Shown one piece after another: positions 49,882 through 63,315 of a stretch of DNA of 64,000 bases. A program made the position numbers and the translations under genes. The stretch comes from Mytilus edulis (lineage: Eukaryota): the NCBI RefSeq assembly GCF_963676685.1, contig NC_092344.1, forward strand, positions 82,584,001 to 82,648,000. Reading direction: 5' to 3'. Each line of letters begins with the position of its first letter. Within the stretch, counting starts at the first letter, position 1. Below the pieces are notes generated by a model that was not told the DNA's origin, did no database searches, and worked only from the letters and a program-made list of their open reading frames with translations.

Positions 49882-50151
49882 GTAAGTTACTAAACATTAT
49901 AGTATTCCTACAAAAAAGATTTATTCAAATTAATGATACTATGCTACATGTTATTGTATTGATGATGTTGTTACAATCACCTTTGATTGTTTCAAAAATT
50001 CTTAGATGTCACTTTAATTAACAATGATAAATATCATTTATAATTATGTAGAATATGTAAATGATTCTTTTCTTCCATAATGTTATGGCTAATCTGGTGA
50101 TGATCTTTGTTACTGTGACTTGACTGTAAGTGTTCCACTCCACCTATTGCA

Positions 50152-51207
50152 CAGGGTTCGTACGGGGCATGGAATCCTGGAAAAGTCATGGATTTTTATT
50201 TAGGGGGGGGGGGGGGGGGAAAGGCCTTTAAAAGTCATGGAAAGCTATATTTTAGTGACAAGTCCTTGAATAGTCATGGAAAATGATTATTTGCACTGTA
50301 ATCTTTATTGCATGTCTTCAAACATTTAAAATTAAATGATCCCCGTAGTTTTTGTCGAAACTGTTTCTTTTTCGAATGCTAGAAACAAGGCCCCAGTTGT
50401 GGTAAGTGTAAAATGAGAATTTAAAATTCGTTTCTTCAAAATTGTTTATAAAAATATGCAACCGCATCTGGTTCCCTTCATAGTGCAATTTGCTTATAAG
50501 AAACCAGCTATCGGAATATTCGAAAACGAAGTTATTGCTACCAAACAGCCGTTGAAAAACACTTTTAATGATAATGTATGGATAGAGGAGCTGAAATGAT
50601 AAGAGTCCTACATATAGTAAAGAGCAATTTTTCATACAAAAGTTGTGAGGATATCGTCTCGGTATTTAAGAATATGTTTCTGAATAGTGGACAAATGTCA
50701 CTTCTGAAATGGCAATGATGCCTCTAAGTAGGAAGGTGATAGTTTTTTTGTCTACAATGTATTATCTGTTTGAGTCCAACCAGTCAAGAGGATTATGCCA
50801 AATAACCTTTTCTAATACTTTGTTTATTAAAATATTTCAAAATTTGTATATATTCTTTTATACTGTAAAAAGAGGCAGAACATATACCAAAGGGGACATT
50901 CAAATGAGTGTGTAGGTCATACTCTTTCATAGAATCTTTGATAACAAGTAGTTCTACATCATTGTTAGCAAACTTAACTCAGTATTGTCATTCATAAATA
51001 TGTTGGTATTTCTCATTGTGTTTCAGTGCAATTGTGTCATTATTGGATGTTAAAAATATTGTTTATTTAGTTGCATGGAAAGGACACAAAAGCATGTTTA
51101 TAGCATTAGGGATGACTTTTTGGTCTATAGTTTTGGGGTATGGAAATTTCATAAAACATCCTTGAAAAGTCATGGAAAAATGGAACTAAAAAGGTGTATG
51201 AACCCTG
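50152..51207. mobile_element. hAT-like MITE with 6-bp TSD
   Basis: TIR CAGGGTTC(G/A)TAC, subterminal AGTCATGGA repeats, TSD ATTGCA at 50146-50151 and 51208-51213. Confidence 0.8.
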
Positions 51208-51503
51208 ATTGCAGTGCATTTAAAATTCTGAATGAGTTGCAGTTTGCTTTTTCAAACCAAACTTCCACTGGTCTGAAATTTTAACTATCTGCTGTAGAAA
51301 AATACAATGACAGTCAAATCTAGCAATCACAAAGTGATAAAGTAAAGCATTTTTATAATGAAAAACAAGCACACAACGCCAGATATATTTTATTATAATT
51401 TTGGTGGAATCTACTTTGCCTATGAAAAAGGACAGTATACATAAAGATGTTGAAATTTTTAATTTCAGTAAAACAAAAATATGATGATTTTATTTTTTTG
51501 TAG

Positions 51504-51563
51504 GATCTTAGAATAAAGTATGACACAGAATTCAGACAGGCAGATGAAGCTGAAGCTGCTATG
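51504..51563 (+). CDS. DNAJC14: DNAJC14 coding exon 7
   Basis: DLRIKYDTEFRQADEAEAAM (R-x-x-YD end of J-domain). Confidence 0.92.
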
Positions 51564-51604
51564 GTAAGTGACTACATCAATAAGTTAAAGTGATGAAATA
51601 TATA

Positions 51605-51789
51605 CACCTTATCTCTATTTGTCTGCCATTGCTGGACATCACAAAGGTCCCATAAAATTTTGCTACTAAATACATAATTTCTTTTCACTGCAATGGAAAA
51701 ATGATTGTTGTATGACGTCAATAGTTCAAGCGGAACAGATTCTCTGGTCAACTGGGGTAGATTTCATATTTCCAAATAGTGATAAGGTG
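51605..51789. mobile_element. Small MITE with TA TSD (Tc1/mariner-like)
   Basis: TA|CACCTTATC(T/A)CTATTTG ... CAAATAGTGATAAGGTG|TA. Confidence 0.7.
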
Positions 51790-52154
51790 TATTGTAATGA
51801 ACAAGGTGTTTTGTACAGATAAGTAATTATTATTGCTGTTAATGTCACTATTTAATCACTTCCAAAAAAAACCAGTTTTGGATGATGCTTTTTTAAAAAT
51901 ATCAAATATTTAGTTTCGTATGGCTAAACAAAAGTAGTTGAAAAATTATTAATGTAAGGGTCATAGCAACAAATAAATAGGATAAATTTTCACATACATG
52001 ATTAGTAAAATTTTCAACATCTTACAACTAATTGATTATAGTTTGAAAAACTTATGACTATAACATAGTTATGATCAGAAAGGCTTGTATGATATATTGT
52101 CCTGACATGTGACTTTAACATTTAATTATAATCTGAATCATTTATTGTTTACAG

Positions 52155-52202
52155 AAGGAATTTAATGATCTGTTGACCAAACTGCAAGACAAAATGCAAG
52201 AG
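52155..52202 (+). CDS. DNAJC14: DNAJC14 coding exon 8
   Basis: KEFNDLLTKLQDKMQE. Confidence 0.92.
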
Positions 52203-52472
52203 GTAAGAATGGTTCATTACCTATGTTACTTAAAACATTTCATTATAAATGTACTGTACAGAAAAACTCCTGTTATACAGATTTATCCTTGTCCATCTGT
52301 CTTGATATGACTGCTAGTAAAGGTTGAAGACAGTTCATTTTCAAGGGATCATTTAAAGACCGAGTTCTTATTAACCTTAATAATTATCAGGATAAAAAAA
52401 TCTAAATAAGGAAGGATATTTTACTAAGCTATTATATTTTCAAGTCTTTAAAGTAGAAAGTTTTTATTTTAG

Positions 52473-52592
52473 GCTGCCAATATGATGCGTTGTGATAATT
52501 GTGGAGGAAAACATAAGAGAGTGTTTATAGATCGACCATGGTATAGCTCCAGATTTTGTAAAAGGTGTAATGTTAGACATTCTGCCAAAGAG
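52473..52592 (+). CDS. DNAJC14: DNAJC14 coding exon 9 (Jiv90 domain, two CxxC..H motifs)
   Basis: AANMMRCDNCGGKHKRVFIDRPWYSSRFCKRCNVRHSAKE. Confidence 0.95.
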
Positions 52593-53114
52593 GTAACATC
52601 TATTTTCATATAAGTAGTTTTTCACGGTTTTTAAATGTCTGAGAATTCAAGATATATGAAATAAAGAATGGAAAAAACTTCGGGCAGCTACTAAAAATAA
52701 ATACATTTTGGCAGGGGACAAAAATTTGCAGTGCCTCAGATAAGCTACAGAACTAGACTCCTAAAAAAATCAGTTGCAATGGTTCTTCAATGTGCAGATA
52801 GCTTGTCACTCTCTATACAGGCTATGGGACAGGTTTCATCTAACGTTGATTTCTATAACATAGCTACGTAGACACTGATAAAACATGTGCACAAAAGGCA
52901 AATAAAATTGCTCTTCAGAAATTCTGCCTCTCCAAATTTAAGACCCTGTGAACAAAATTATCAGCCAGAGGATAAAGAAAGATATTTGTACGTCATCTTC
53001 TTTAAGAGGCTAGAATGTAACATCATCTTAGCTAAATTTCATGTCAAGTGATTTAATATATATACCAAAGTAATCATGTCAATATTAAAGAAGATGCATG
53101 TTTTATTTTCACAG

Positions 53115-53216
53115 GGTGATGTTTGGGCTGAGACAACAATGTTTGGTTTCCTATGGCATTACTATGCATGTATGGAAGGAAAAATATATGATATAACTGA
53201 ATGGGTGGCCTGTAAG
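53115..53216 (+). CDS. DNAJC14: DNAJC14 coding exon 10 (Jiv90 domain)
   Basis: GDVWAETTMFGFLWHYYACMEGKIYDITEWVACK, matching the family motifs GD-x-WAE and YDITEW-x-x-C. Confidence 0.95.
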
Positions 53217-53430
53217 GTAATTATTTGATAAACTTCTTATGTTATGAAATTTCTTAAAAAAATAAGTCCAGTAAATGATAGAACTAAGTGTTATTTGTTA
53301 TGAGAATTCATATGTTAATTTTGTACAAAATTATATGTAGAAAGAATCATTAAAATTTTGTCTACACTTATTCTTATGTTGGAAAAATGTAAAAATGTGC
53401 TTAATTGTTTTGTTTAATTTTATTTTGTAG

Positions 53431-53528
53431 AAAGATTTCTTTAAACATATGCAGGCTAGTGCCCACCATGTGTTCTATAGAATAGCCACAGAAGGAAACA
53501 GAGGAGGTGCACAGCAAGGCAGGACTGG
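53431..53528 (+). CDS. DNAJC14: DNAJC14 coding exon 11
   Basis: KDFFKHMQASAHHVFYRIATEGNRGGAQQGRTG. Confidence 0.9.
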
Positions 53529-53862
53529 GTATGTATTATATAGATATAAAAGATGAGTGCCAATGAGATAACTCTCAATCCAAGTCACAATTTGTCAAAG
53601 TAATCTATAACGGTCGAAGTACAGTCTTCAACACAGGGCCTTGGCTCATACCAAACAACAAGCTATAAAGGGCACCAAAAGTAAGCTATTGTAAAACCAT
53701 TCAAACAGGAAATATTTATATACATGTGCATTCAGTAATGTGGTGAATTTCAAATTATAGATGGAGAGATTTTTAAATACTTTGGTTTGATTTTAGAATG
53801 TACAAGTAAGAAATACCAATAAACTAAACTTTTATACTAATTATTTGGTAATGTATTTACAG

Positions 53863-54016
53863 TGAAGCAGACTTGGAGGACTTTATCAATAATCTGTTCC
53901 AACAAGCAATGCATACAGAGGGCAATACACAATGGCAACCCCCACAGCCTTCACAACCAAGCCAGCCTTCCTCAGCTCCAGGCAAGAAAACAAGACGAAG
54001 AAAGAAAAAACATTGA
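53863..54016 (+). CDS. DNAJC14: DNAJC14 last coding exon (787-aa protein total)
   Basis: EADLEDFINNLFQ..GKKTRRRKKKH* (TGA 54014-54016). Basic C-terminal tail. Summed CDS is 2364 nt. Confidence 0.92.
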
Positions 54017-57000
54017 AATCAAACGTGTGCCCCATCCATGATTAATATAGTAGAGAAATGTGCCATGTATACCTTATATAGTGGCTTGTTATTGTTTACT
54101 AAATTTATATATAGTAATAAGTGATTTGTTGTTAAGATTTTCATTGTTATCAACTGGTATACATTACATTAGAATTCTTCTTTTTGCATTGTTCAATTTT
54201 AATTTTTTGCTCTCTGCAAATTTCATCAATGGAAAGTTCTAAATGCTTTAAGTTTCTACTTTATTTTACTCTTTAATAACAAAGTTTAAATCCATATTTT
54301 GAATTAAAAACAAATCTTCTCTCAACCAATAAATTTGCTGATGAGAACAAAGACATATATATGATACAAAAATGAAAATTTAGAGAGAAAAATAATGCTT
54401 TTAGTGAGTTTTTAAAGTTCAGTAGGGTATTGATATCAGCTAACTGAATTATAACTATACAATTATGGTAAAATATGATTTTGATTCATGAAAATATTGT
54501 TAAGTTTGAACGACTTTTACTCTTAAATAATTTAGGTAAATGCATATCTCAAATTGTTTTGGGGGTATGCAACATTCAGCTTTGAGTCCTGTTAAGAATT
54601 AAGAACAGGAAATATTACCTATCTAGAATATGTATAGTGGAAGGTTAGAGCAATCGTTTAGATGTTCATTCACAATTAAATAAACATATGAAAGAATTTG
54701 GACAAAGAACAGTTTGATAAAAAATGTATAGGTATTGAAGTGCTTTATTTTCATATTTCATTTTCTAGACCTTAGGTAGTTAACTTAAGTACATGTAGAT
54801 GACAGTTAGTTTTTTTGCTGCAAATTTTTTGTATAGCAAACTACATTTATGTTGCTATTCTCGTTATCTGGCTTTCTTATCTAAATGTTTCAATATTTTT
54901 TTTTATAAATAAACCTAAGCTAGACTATATGAAACTCCATTCATTCCTGTTTAGAATTATGATTTTTAAGACCTCTTCTCAACAATCATTTAAACAAAAT
55001 GCACATACTGTCATACGTTGTACTCAGAATGGTGCCCAATCATTACTGTCCAACTGCAAAAAAACTTGCTACTATTTCTTGTTAATTATTTTGAATTGGC
55101 AAGGCAGGGAATGCCCTCAGAATTATTTTTTCAGAATCATACTTGATAGCAATAACAATAATGTAATCTTGCCAATAACTGGTTTAGTTTTTGTCTCATT
55201 GAAACTGTGTTTAATTTTTTCCATTCCATAATGCCAGAATATTTTTCCATTATTTTTTGTTGTTGGTAGTTATTGTCATTATAAATTTGAATGAATTTTA
55301 GATAATACACACCACTGAAATGGCAATAGTTTTATTTCAAGTATTGTTTGATATAGTGTTGACTTTCTGTTATTACCATGCAATAATGTATTGGTACAGT
55401 GTAATATATAAAACTTTAAACCTTGCATGGTTTACAACAGGTTTATATGACCATAAACTGTTATTGTGATTATTTCAGGTCCATTGACTATTACATGTAT
55501 TAGTAGTTGAATAAACAGCTGCACAATAAGCTCAAGATGCACCATTTTCTTTTTTCATACCCCCACCTATGATAGTAGATGACATTATTGTTTGCATTTC
55601 ATTATTATGTGAACGTTTCAAATTATATGCTAAATAAGGATTTGACCATGATTTCATGTCACTGAACATAGATATAAAATACAAGCAGGTAATTTACAAT
55701 CAAGGTGTGGTCGCATCAGCATTTAATTTGAAATAATAGCTTGTGTTTTCTGATGCAAAATAGTTTTATTCTTATATAGAACTAATAAAGCAAAATTTAG
55801 TTATTTTAAAAATGTGTTCTAAATTGTTGAATCATTCATTTTACTCTGGGATGACAAATTAGAAAATAGTCTAAATCGTAAAAGAGCTTGTCTTCATAGA
55901 ACCAAATGTATAAAATTTGTACTGATCTGTAAAACAGATTATCCTGAGACATGCTCATATGGATAATGAGATTCCATAATGTATCAGACAGTTGTTTGAC
56001 TTGTGTTTTTACATAATTAACATTCATCACTTATGTATTATACACCTTTAGTTAATCTGTTTAGCCCTTTTTACTGAACACAAATTGGACACATCATAGT
56101 GACTACAATTTTGTAAAAAAAAAAAATCCAGTAGTGTATTGAAAACCAAAAATATATTGATATTATTTTAGTTAGCTAGTATTTAGCCTAATCCACTATG
56201 TTATTTGCTGTTAACTATTGTTTAATATTATTGTTTCATTACATGTAGTATTGTAAATTCCAAACTACTCTTATATTCAATACTTACTTAATTATTGTAC
56301 ATCCTTTACACATTGTTAGTTTAATAATCTAAATTAAAAATAGAACAGGACATTAACTGTGCAAGATTCCCTAACTTTTCAAATTGCAAATGGGCCAAAA
56401 ATGTTTGTCCACAGCTGATGAATTTTTTTACAGAATTGCCAAGTTTGTATTTAGCAGTCACAATAATGAAACTTATAAAAACTGTCTGCTTCATATAATT
56501 AGCCAAATACATAAACTAATTGTGTAGTCACTCAAGCATAAAAAAGTTTGACAGTATAGGATATAAGACGTGAACATATTGCTTGGCCCTCATCAAAATG
56601 AAGGATTTAATCTTGTTGTAAAAAAACTCAGAATGCAGATCTAGAAAATTGTTTAATTTTTGTAGCTTTCTGACATTTTATAATAATTTGATTATATTGA
56701 TACTAATTATGTTTTTACTGACTGTTTACTGTTGTTACCATATATATTTCTCACTTATATGTCATGGTAATGGGGCACAACCTGTTAGTGTATATTGACT
56801 AGTGTATAACTATGTAACACTCACTTGTTAGTGGGTTAATATAAAGCTTTGATGGTGAGGCAGTGGATCAGTATTTGATATGTTTGTTTGCTTTTTGAAT
56901 GGTTTAAGAGGAGACTCTATTTATTTCATGTTGTTTTCATACATGTCTATGTAAAAGACACATTTGCCAGATAAACAGCATTTTTCGCATATCATGTTCT

Positions 57001-57128
57001 AGGTTAAATAAAATTTTGACAATAAAGTTATGCAAAAACATATATTTGTTATTTCTGCCCAGAAACACTGGTAATGTGTTTCAAATGTACAATTTGTTAT
57101 TTTTTAGCGCAGTGACATTAGTCACCTC

Positions 57129-60050
57129 ATTTGTATTGGAATTGTTATCAACCATGGGTATACATTTGTATTGGAATTGTTATCAACCATGGGTTTACAT
57201 TTGTATTGGAATTGTTATCAACCATGGGTTTACATTTGTATTGGAATTGTTATCAACCATGGGTATCCATTTGTATTGGAATAGTTATCAACCATGGGTT
57301 TACATTTGTGTTGGAATAGTTATCAACCATGGGTATACATTTGTATTGGAATTGTTATCAACCATGGGTTTACATTTGTATTGCAATTGTTATCAACCAT
57401 GGGTTTCCATTTGTGTTGGAATAGTTATCAACCATGAGTTCACATTTGTATTGGAATTGTTATCAACCATGGGTTTACATTTGTATTGGAATTGTTATCA
57501 ACCATGGGTATCCATTTGTATTGGAATAGTTATCAACCATGGGTTTACATTTGTGTTGGAATAGTTATCAACCATGGGTATACATTTGTATTGGAATTGT
57601 TATCAACCATGGGTATCCATTTGTATTGGAATTGTTATCAACCATGGGTATCCATTTGTATTGGAATAGTTATCAACCATGGGTTTACATTTGTGTTGGA
57701 ATAGTTATCAACCATGGGTATACATTTGTATTGGAATTGTTATCAACCATGGGTTTACATTTGTATTGGAATTGTTATCAACCATGGGTATACATTTGTA
57801 TTGGAATTGTTATCAACCATGGGTATCCATTTGTATTGGAATTGTTATCAACCATGGGTATACATTTGTATTGGAATTGTTATCTACCATGGGTATCCAT
57901 TTGTATTGGAATTGTTATCAACCATGGGTATACATTTGTATTGGAATTGTATCAACCATGGGTATAAATTTGTATTGGAATTGTTATCAACCATGGGTTT
58001 ACATTTGTATTGGAATTGTTATCAACCATGGGTATCCATTTGTATTGGAATTGTTATCAACCATGGGTATCCATTTGTATTGGAATTGTTATCGACCATG
58101 GGTATACATTTGTATTGGAATTGTTATCGACCATGGGTATCCATTTGTATTGCAATTGTTATCAACCATGGGTATCCATTTGTATTGCAATTGTTATCTA
58201 CCATGGGTATACATTTGTATTGGAATTGTATCAACCATGGGTATACATTTGTATTGGAATTGTTATCAAGCATGGGTTTACATTTGTATTGGAATTGTTA
58301 TCAACCATGGGTATCCATTTGTATTGGAATTGTTATCAACCATGGGTATCCATTTGTATTTGAATTGTTATCAACCATGGGTTTCCATTTGTATTGGAAT
58401 TGTTATCAACCATGGGTTTACATTTGTATTGGAATTGTTATCAACCATGGGTATCCATTTGTATTGGAATTGTTATCAACCATGGGTTTACATTTGCATT
58501 GGAATTGTTATCAACCATGGGTTTCCATTTGTATTGGAATTGTTATCAACCATGGGTATCCATTTGTATTGGAATTGTTATCAACCATGGGTATCCATTT
58601 GTATTGGAATTGTTATCAACCATGGGTTTCCATTTGTATTGGAATTGTTATCGACCATGGGTATCCATTTGTACATGTATTGGAATTGTTATCAACCATG
58701 GGTATCCATTTGTATTGGAATTGTTATCAACCATGGGTATCCATTTGTATTGGAATTGTTATCAACCATGGGTATCCATTTGTATTGGAATTGTTATCAA
58801 CCATGGGTATCCATTTGTATTGGAATAGTTATCAACCATGGGTTTACATTTGTGTTGGAATAGTTATCAACCATGGGTATACATTTGTATTGGAATTGTT
58901 ATCAACCATGGGTTTACATTTGTATTGGAATTGTTATCAACCATGGGTATACATTTGTATTGGAATTGTTATCAACCATGGGTATCCATTTGTATTGGAA
59001 TTGTTATCAACCATGGGTATACATTTGTATTGGAATTGTTATCTACCATGGGTATCCATTTGTATTGGAATTGTTATCAACCATGGGTATACATTTGTAT
59101 TGGAATTGTATCAACCATGGGTATAAATTTGTATTGGAATTGTTATCAACCATGGGTTTACATTTGTATTGGAATTGTTATCAACCATGGGTATCCATTT
59201 GTATTGGAATTGTTATCAACCATGGGTATCCATTTGTATTGGAATTGTTATCGACCATGGGTATACATTTGTATTGGAATTGTTATCGACCATGGGTATC
59301 CATTTGTATTGCAATTGTTATCAACCATGGGTATCCATTTGTATTGCAATTGTTATCTACCATGGGTATACATTTGTATTGGAATTGTATCAACCATGGG
59401 TATACATTTGTATTGGAATTGTTATCAAGCATGGGTTTACATTTGTATTGGAATTGTTATCAACCATGGGTATCCATTTGTATTGGAATTGTTATCAACC
59501 ATGGGTATCCATTTGTATTTGAATTGTTATCAACCATGGGTTTCCATTTGTATTGGAATTGTTATCAACCATGGGTTTACATTTGTATTGGAATTGTTAT
59601 CAACCATGGGTATCCATTTGTATTGGAATTGTTATCAACCATGGGTTTACATTTGCATTGGAATTGTTATCAACCATGGGTTTCCATTTGTATTGGAATT
59701 GTTATCAACCATGGGTATCCATTTGTATTGGAATTGTTATCAACCATGGGTATCCATTTGTATTGGAATTGTTATCAACCATGGGTTTCCATTTGTATTG
59801 GAATTGTTATCGACCATGGGTATCCATTTGTACATGTATTGGAATTGTTATCAACCATGGGTATCCATTTGTATTGGAATTGTTATCAACCATGGGTTTA
59901 CATTTGTATTGGAATTGTTATCAACCATGGGTATCCATTTGTATTGGAATTGTTATCAACCATGGGTATCCATTTGTATTGGAATTGTTATCAACCATGG
60001 GTATACATTTGTATTGGAATTGTTATCAACCATGGGTATACATTTGCATT
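57129..60050. repeat. 35-bp tandem satellite, ~83 copies
   Basis: Unit TTGTATTGGAATTGTTATCAACCATGGGT(A/T)T(A/C)CAT. Confidence 0.98.
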
Positions 60051-60054
60051 TTGA

Positions 60055-62080
60055 TCAACCTCATGTTATATATCAGTGAACAAGATTTTTGTGGTCAAGT
60101 CCTCATCTTGAGATACTATGACCTATAGGACTACTATATTTGGTGTATGTAATGGTTATTAGGTGTAAAGGCTAAATGGCAGGTGTTGTCTGACCTTGTC
60201 CTTGACTGTTTTCCTGGTTCATGGGATAATGCTTAGTTTATCTCTCCTTGAGTCAAAAAGCAAGACATAGGTATGCTGTTTCCCACGACAGGGGCAACAA
60301 TGTATTATTTTGTGATTAGGTCTAGCTTATGGTGAACCACAAGTGTTAGGTCGTTGATATTTGGTATGTAGTAGTATTAGATTGGCACATGTAATTTCCA
60401 TGGAGATTATTTGACCCTGCCCTCTCAGTTATGGTCTATTGACTTTTCAAAAACATTGCTTAGTTTTCATGTACTTGTTTGTGATAAGGTCAGTATAGGG
60501 AGAACATCAAGTGGTAGATCAATAATATTTTGTATGCAGTTGTATAAGCATTGGAATAACTCATTTCCATGGAATTTCTTTTGGCTCCGCCCTCTTAGTC
60601 CTGGTCTTGACTTTAATTTTTTTTTTCTTAGTTTACATGTATTAGTTTGTGATTAGGTCAGTTAATTTCAAATGAAACCATTAGTGTTAGGCAAATGTTG
60701 GTATTCAGTTGTACATGTATAAGTATAAGTGCACCTCATTTTCATGGAAAATATTTGGTGCAGACTTGTCAGTCATGGTCTATTGACTTTGAAACTTTTG
60801 CTTATTTGACATGTATTTGTCTCTATGATAACAGTTTATTTCATTCACCTGTGATGAAAGTTGCAGTATGCAAGACAGTGATGACTGTATGGCTTCCGTT
60901 TAAACCAAACGTATAAAGCTTTATAGGAGCATGTAGTTGAGTGGTTATTGTGGGTTCATGTCCGTAAATTGCATAGTTATAAGTTAAGAAGTTAATTTTT
61001 CTCATTTAAATTTGTTCATATTTTTCAAGTAGGGTTCTTGTAAAGCCAACCATACAGTATGGGTTTTCTCATGGTTGAAGGCAGTACAGTTGCCTATAAT
61101 TGCTTACATCAACATCATTTAAACTCTGGTGGATAGTTGTTTCATGGGCAATCATACCTCATCTCCATATTCTTCTATTTCAGAAGGAAGAACATGGATG
61201 CTTGATTCCTTGTATGTAAATACTTTGTTAAGAAGGAGCAATAGGATAAATGTTTGGTATACTTTATATATGTCTTCCTTGCAACTTTGTGTCCATCAGA
61301 CCTCAACCTAATATCATCATTCAATGATCAAGATTAAAGTTACACAAATGTGCCTGTTTCTCACATCATATAAGCAGTAGATCAATTACATGTGGTGTAT
61401 ATAATGATTGTAAGGCGTACCTGTCAGTCCAGCAGTTTTCATCTGACCTTAACTTCATTGCCATTGATCAATGAAGTTAAGTGCCAAGTTTTTGTGTTTT
61501 TGTCTGTTTATTCTAGTACTTTAAGCTATATGTCAACTATATTTGGTGTATGAAATGATTGCAAGGTGTACAGGTATCATCATCTGACCTTGACCTCATT
61601 TTCCTAGTTCATTAGTCGATATTTACTAATTGTGTTGTGGTCCGTTTCTCAATTATCATGAGCAATTGGTCAACTATATTTGGTGTATGGGATATTTGTA
61701 AGGTGTACATGTCTATTTGAAAGGATTCATCTGACAATGAACAAATTGTCATGGATCTTTAAAGATGTTTTATGTCATTTTTGGGGTTCACCTTTATCTC
61801 AAAGACTGTCAACAGCAGGCAAGACATTATAGCATGAGCTCTCATGTTTTGGTTTAGTCTATTTCTCAGATACTATAAGCAATATAAAGTCAACTATGTT
61901 TGGTGTATGGAATGATTGTAAGGTATATGTCTGTCTTGCATTAGACAATGACCTCATGTTCATAGAACATTGATAATGTTAAGTTTATGTGATACTTACA
62001 GTAAAACCTTCATATTACAGACTTTCAACAAGAAATCAATAAGTATAACAGGCAATACATTTCAGGGTGAGCACTCTTGT
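60055..62080 (+). mobile_element. Cluster of decayed Helentron/HINE-like repeats (family of 17381-18736)
   Basis: Recurrent CTATATTTGGTGTATG..GATTGTAAGGTGTAC..TCTGACCTTGACCTCAT units. End motif GGTGAGCACTCTTGT. Confidence 0.6.
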
Positions 62081-62454
62081 AATAGTTTGTTCTATGTTTT
62101 GCTGTCAAGTGAGAAGTTGAGTACTCTTAAATATGTTTAACTATGTAACATTCTTTGTGAGCCTGTCCAAAGTTAGAAGCCTGTAAATTAGTGGTTGTTG
62201 TTCATTGCAGTCTGCCATATTCTTTAGTTAACCATAAATCAGGCCACTGTTATCCTCGTTTATATTGTTTCACATAGTTTAATATACAATGTGTTTGCTC
62301 ATTGTAAAAGGTTGTACTGTGCACTATAATTGTTTACATCCTTGTCTTTTGGTTGATAGTTGTCACACGTTTGAACAGGCATCTGGTGCTTATGTAAACA
62401 TAGTTCTACTAATTTATCATTGTTTAAAATATTTAGTTGCAAGCAAGTTAAGAT

Positions 62455-63315
62455 CAGGGTTCTCATTAAGACCCATATACGCGTCCTATACGCATTCTCA
62501 TTAAGACCCATATACGCGTCCTATACGCATGGAAATCATGCTGGATGTGTCATTTTGGAAACCTGCGAGTCCCTGGGACGTGTCCTGGTTGTACCCATTA
62601 ACTTAATTATTAAAAGCAGTATAATCCAGAAAATTAAATGAAATCCTTGACCACATGTTTTCTTTTGTTGACAAACATGTCACATGTGCACTTTTGGTGG
62701 AAAAATACTGGGGAAACACCTAAATAATAGACAACCCTGTCTGGGTATTCACAGACATTTAAAACAGCTGAAATAGGAGTGCCAGGAAAATAGTCAAACT
62801 TGGCATATATGATGCAATATACACCAATTTAATTTGGAAAAGGGTGTAAAGGGGAAGGGGTTAATTTGTATAGTAATTTTTTTAAATTTTATTTTGCAAT
62901 TTTGGTCCAGTATTCCAATAACTAAAAAAAAAACAAGAAAAAAGATAACTCTACTGAGGTTATTATTAAATAGTCCATTTATATTTAAAAAATAAATAAA
63001 TAAAAAAACCTACCTACCGACCAAATCTTTTTCATGGCACTCGCTTTTGAAAACCAACATTTTTTTAAATGTAGCCCATCACCAAGAATTGATAGACCCA
63101 GAAAGAAGTCTGTTATATATTTTGTAATGTACAATAGTTATTAAGAGATCATAATTTTTATTGATTTCATAAAAACTACCAATCCAACACGCATCATTTT
63201 AGTTTTATTTCGTCATATTTTATTATGTTAAAAGACACAAAAAATTACATGCATCCTGGACTCGTCAAAATCTATTTGGACTCACCATTTCTAAAAATTC
63301 CTAGTGAAAACCCTG
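62455..63315. mobile_element. hAT-like MITE with 6-bp TSD and internal 35-bp duplication
   Basis: TIR CAGGGTT(C/T)TCA(T/C)TA, TSD TAAGAT at 62449-62454 and 63316-63321, exact 35-bp tandem duplication at 62461-62530. Confidence 0.78.

Noticed and set aside
19962-54016. Ancient synteny of c-type lysozyme with DNAJC14 (human LYZ, LALBA and DNAJC14 are all on 12q)
   Set aside because: The human genes are megabases apart. One pair of genes cannot be distinguished from chance without a synteny analysis.
57129-60050. CRISPR-like regular 35-bp periodicity
   Set aside because: Head-to-tail repeats with no unique spacers, no cas genes, and a eukaryotic intron-containing context.
57016-60128. Long repetitive ORFs (up to 470 aa, MGIHLYWNCYQPWV..)
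   Set aside because: Artefact of a 35-bp unit lacking stops in most frames. The same peptide appears in all three frames, and there are frame-shifting 34- and 41-bp units.
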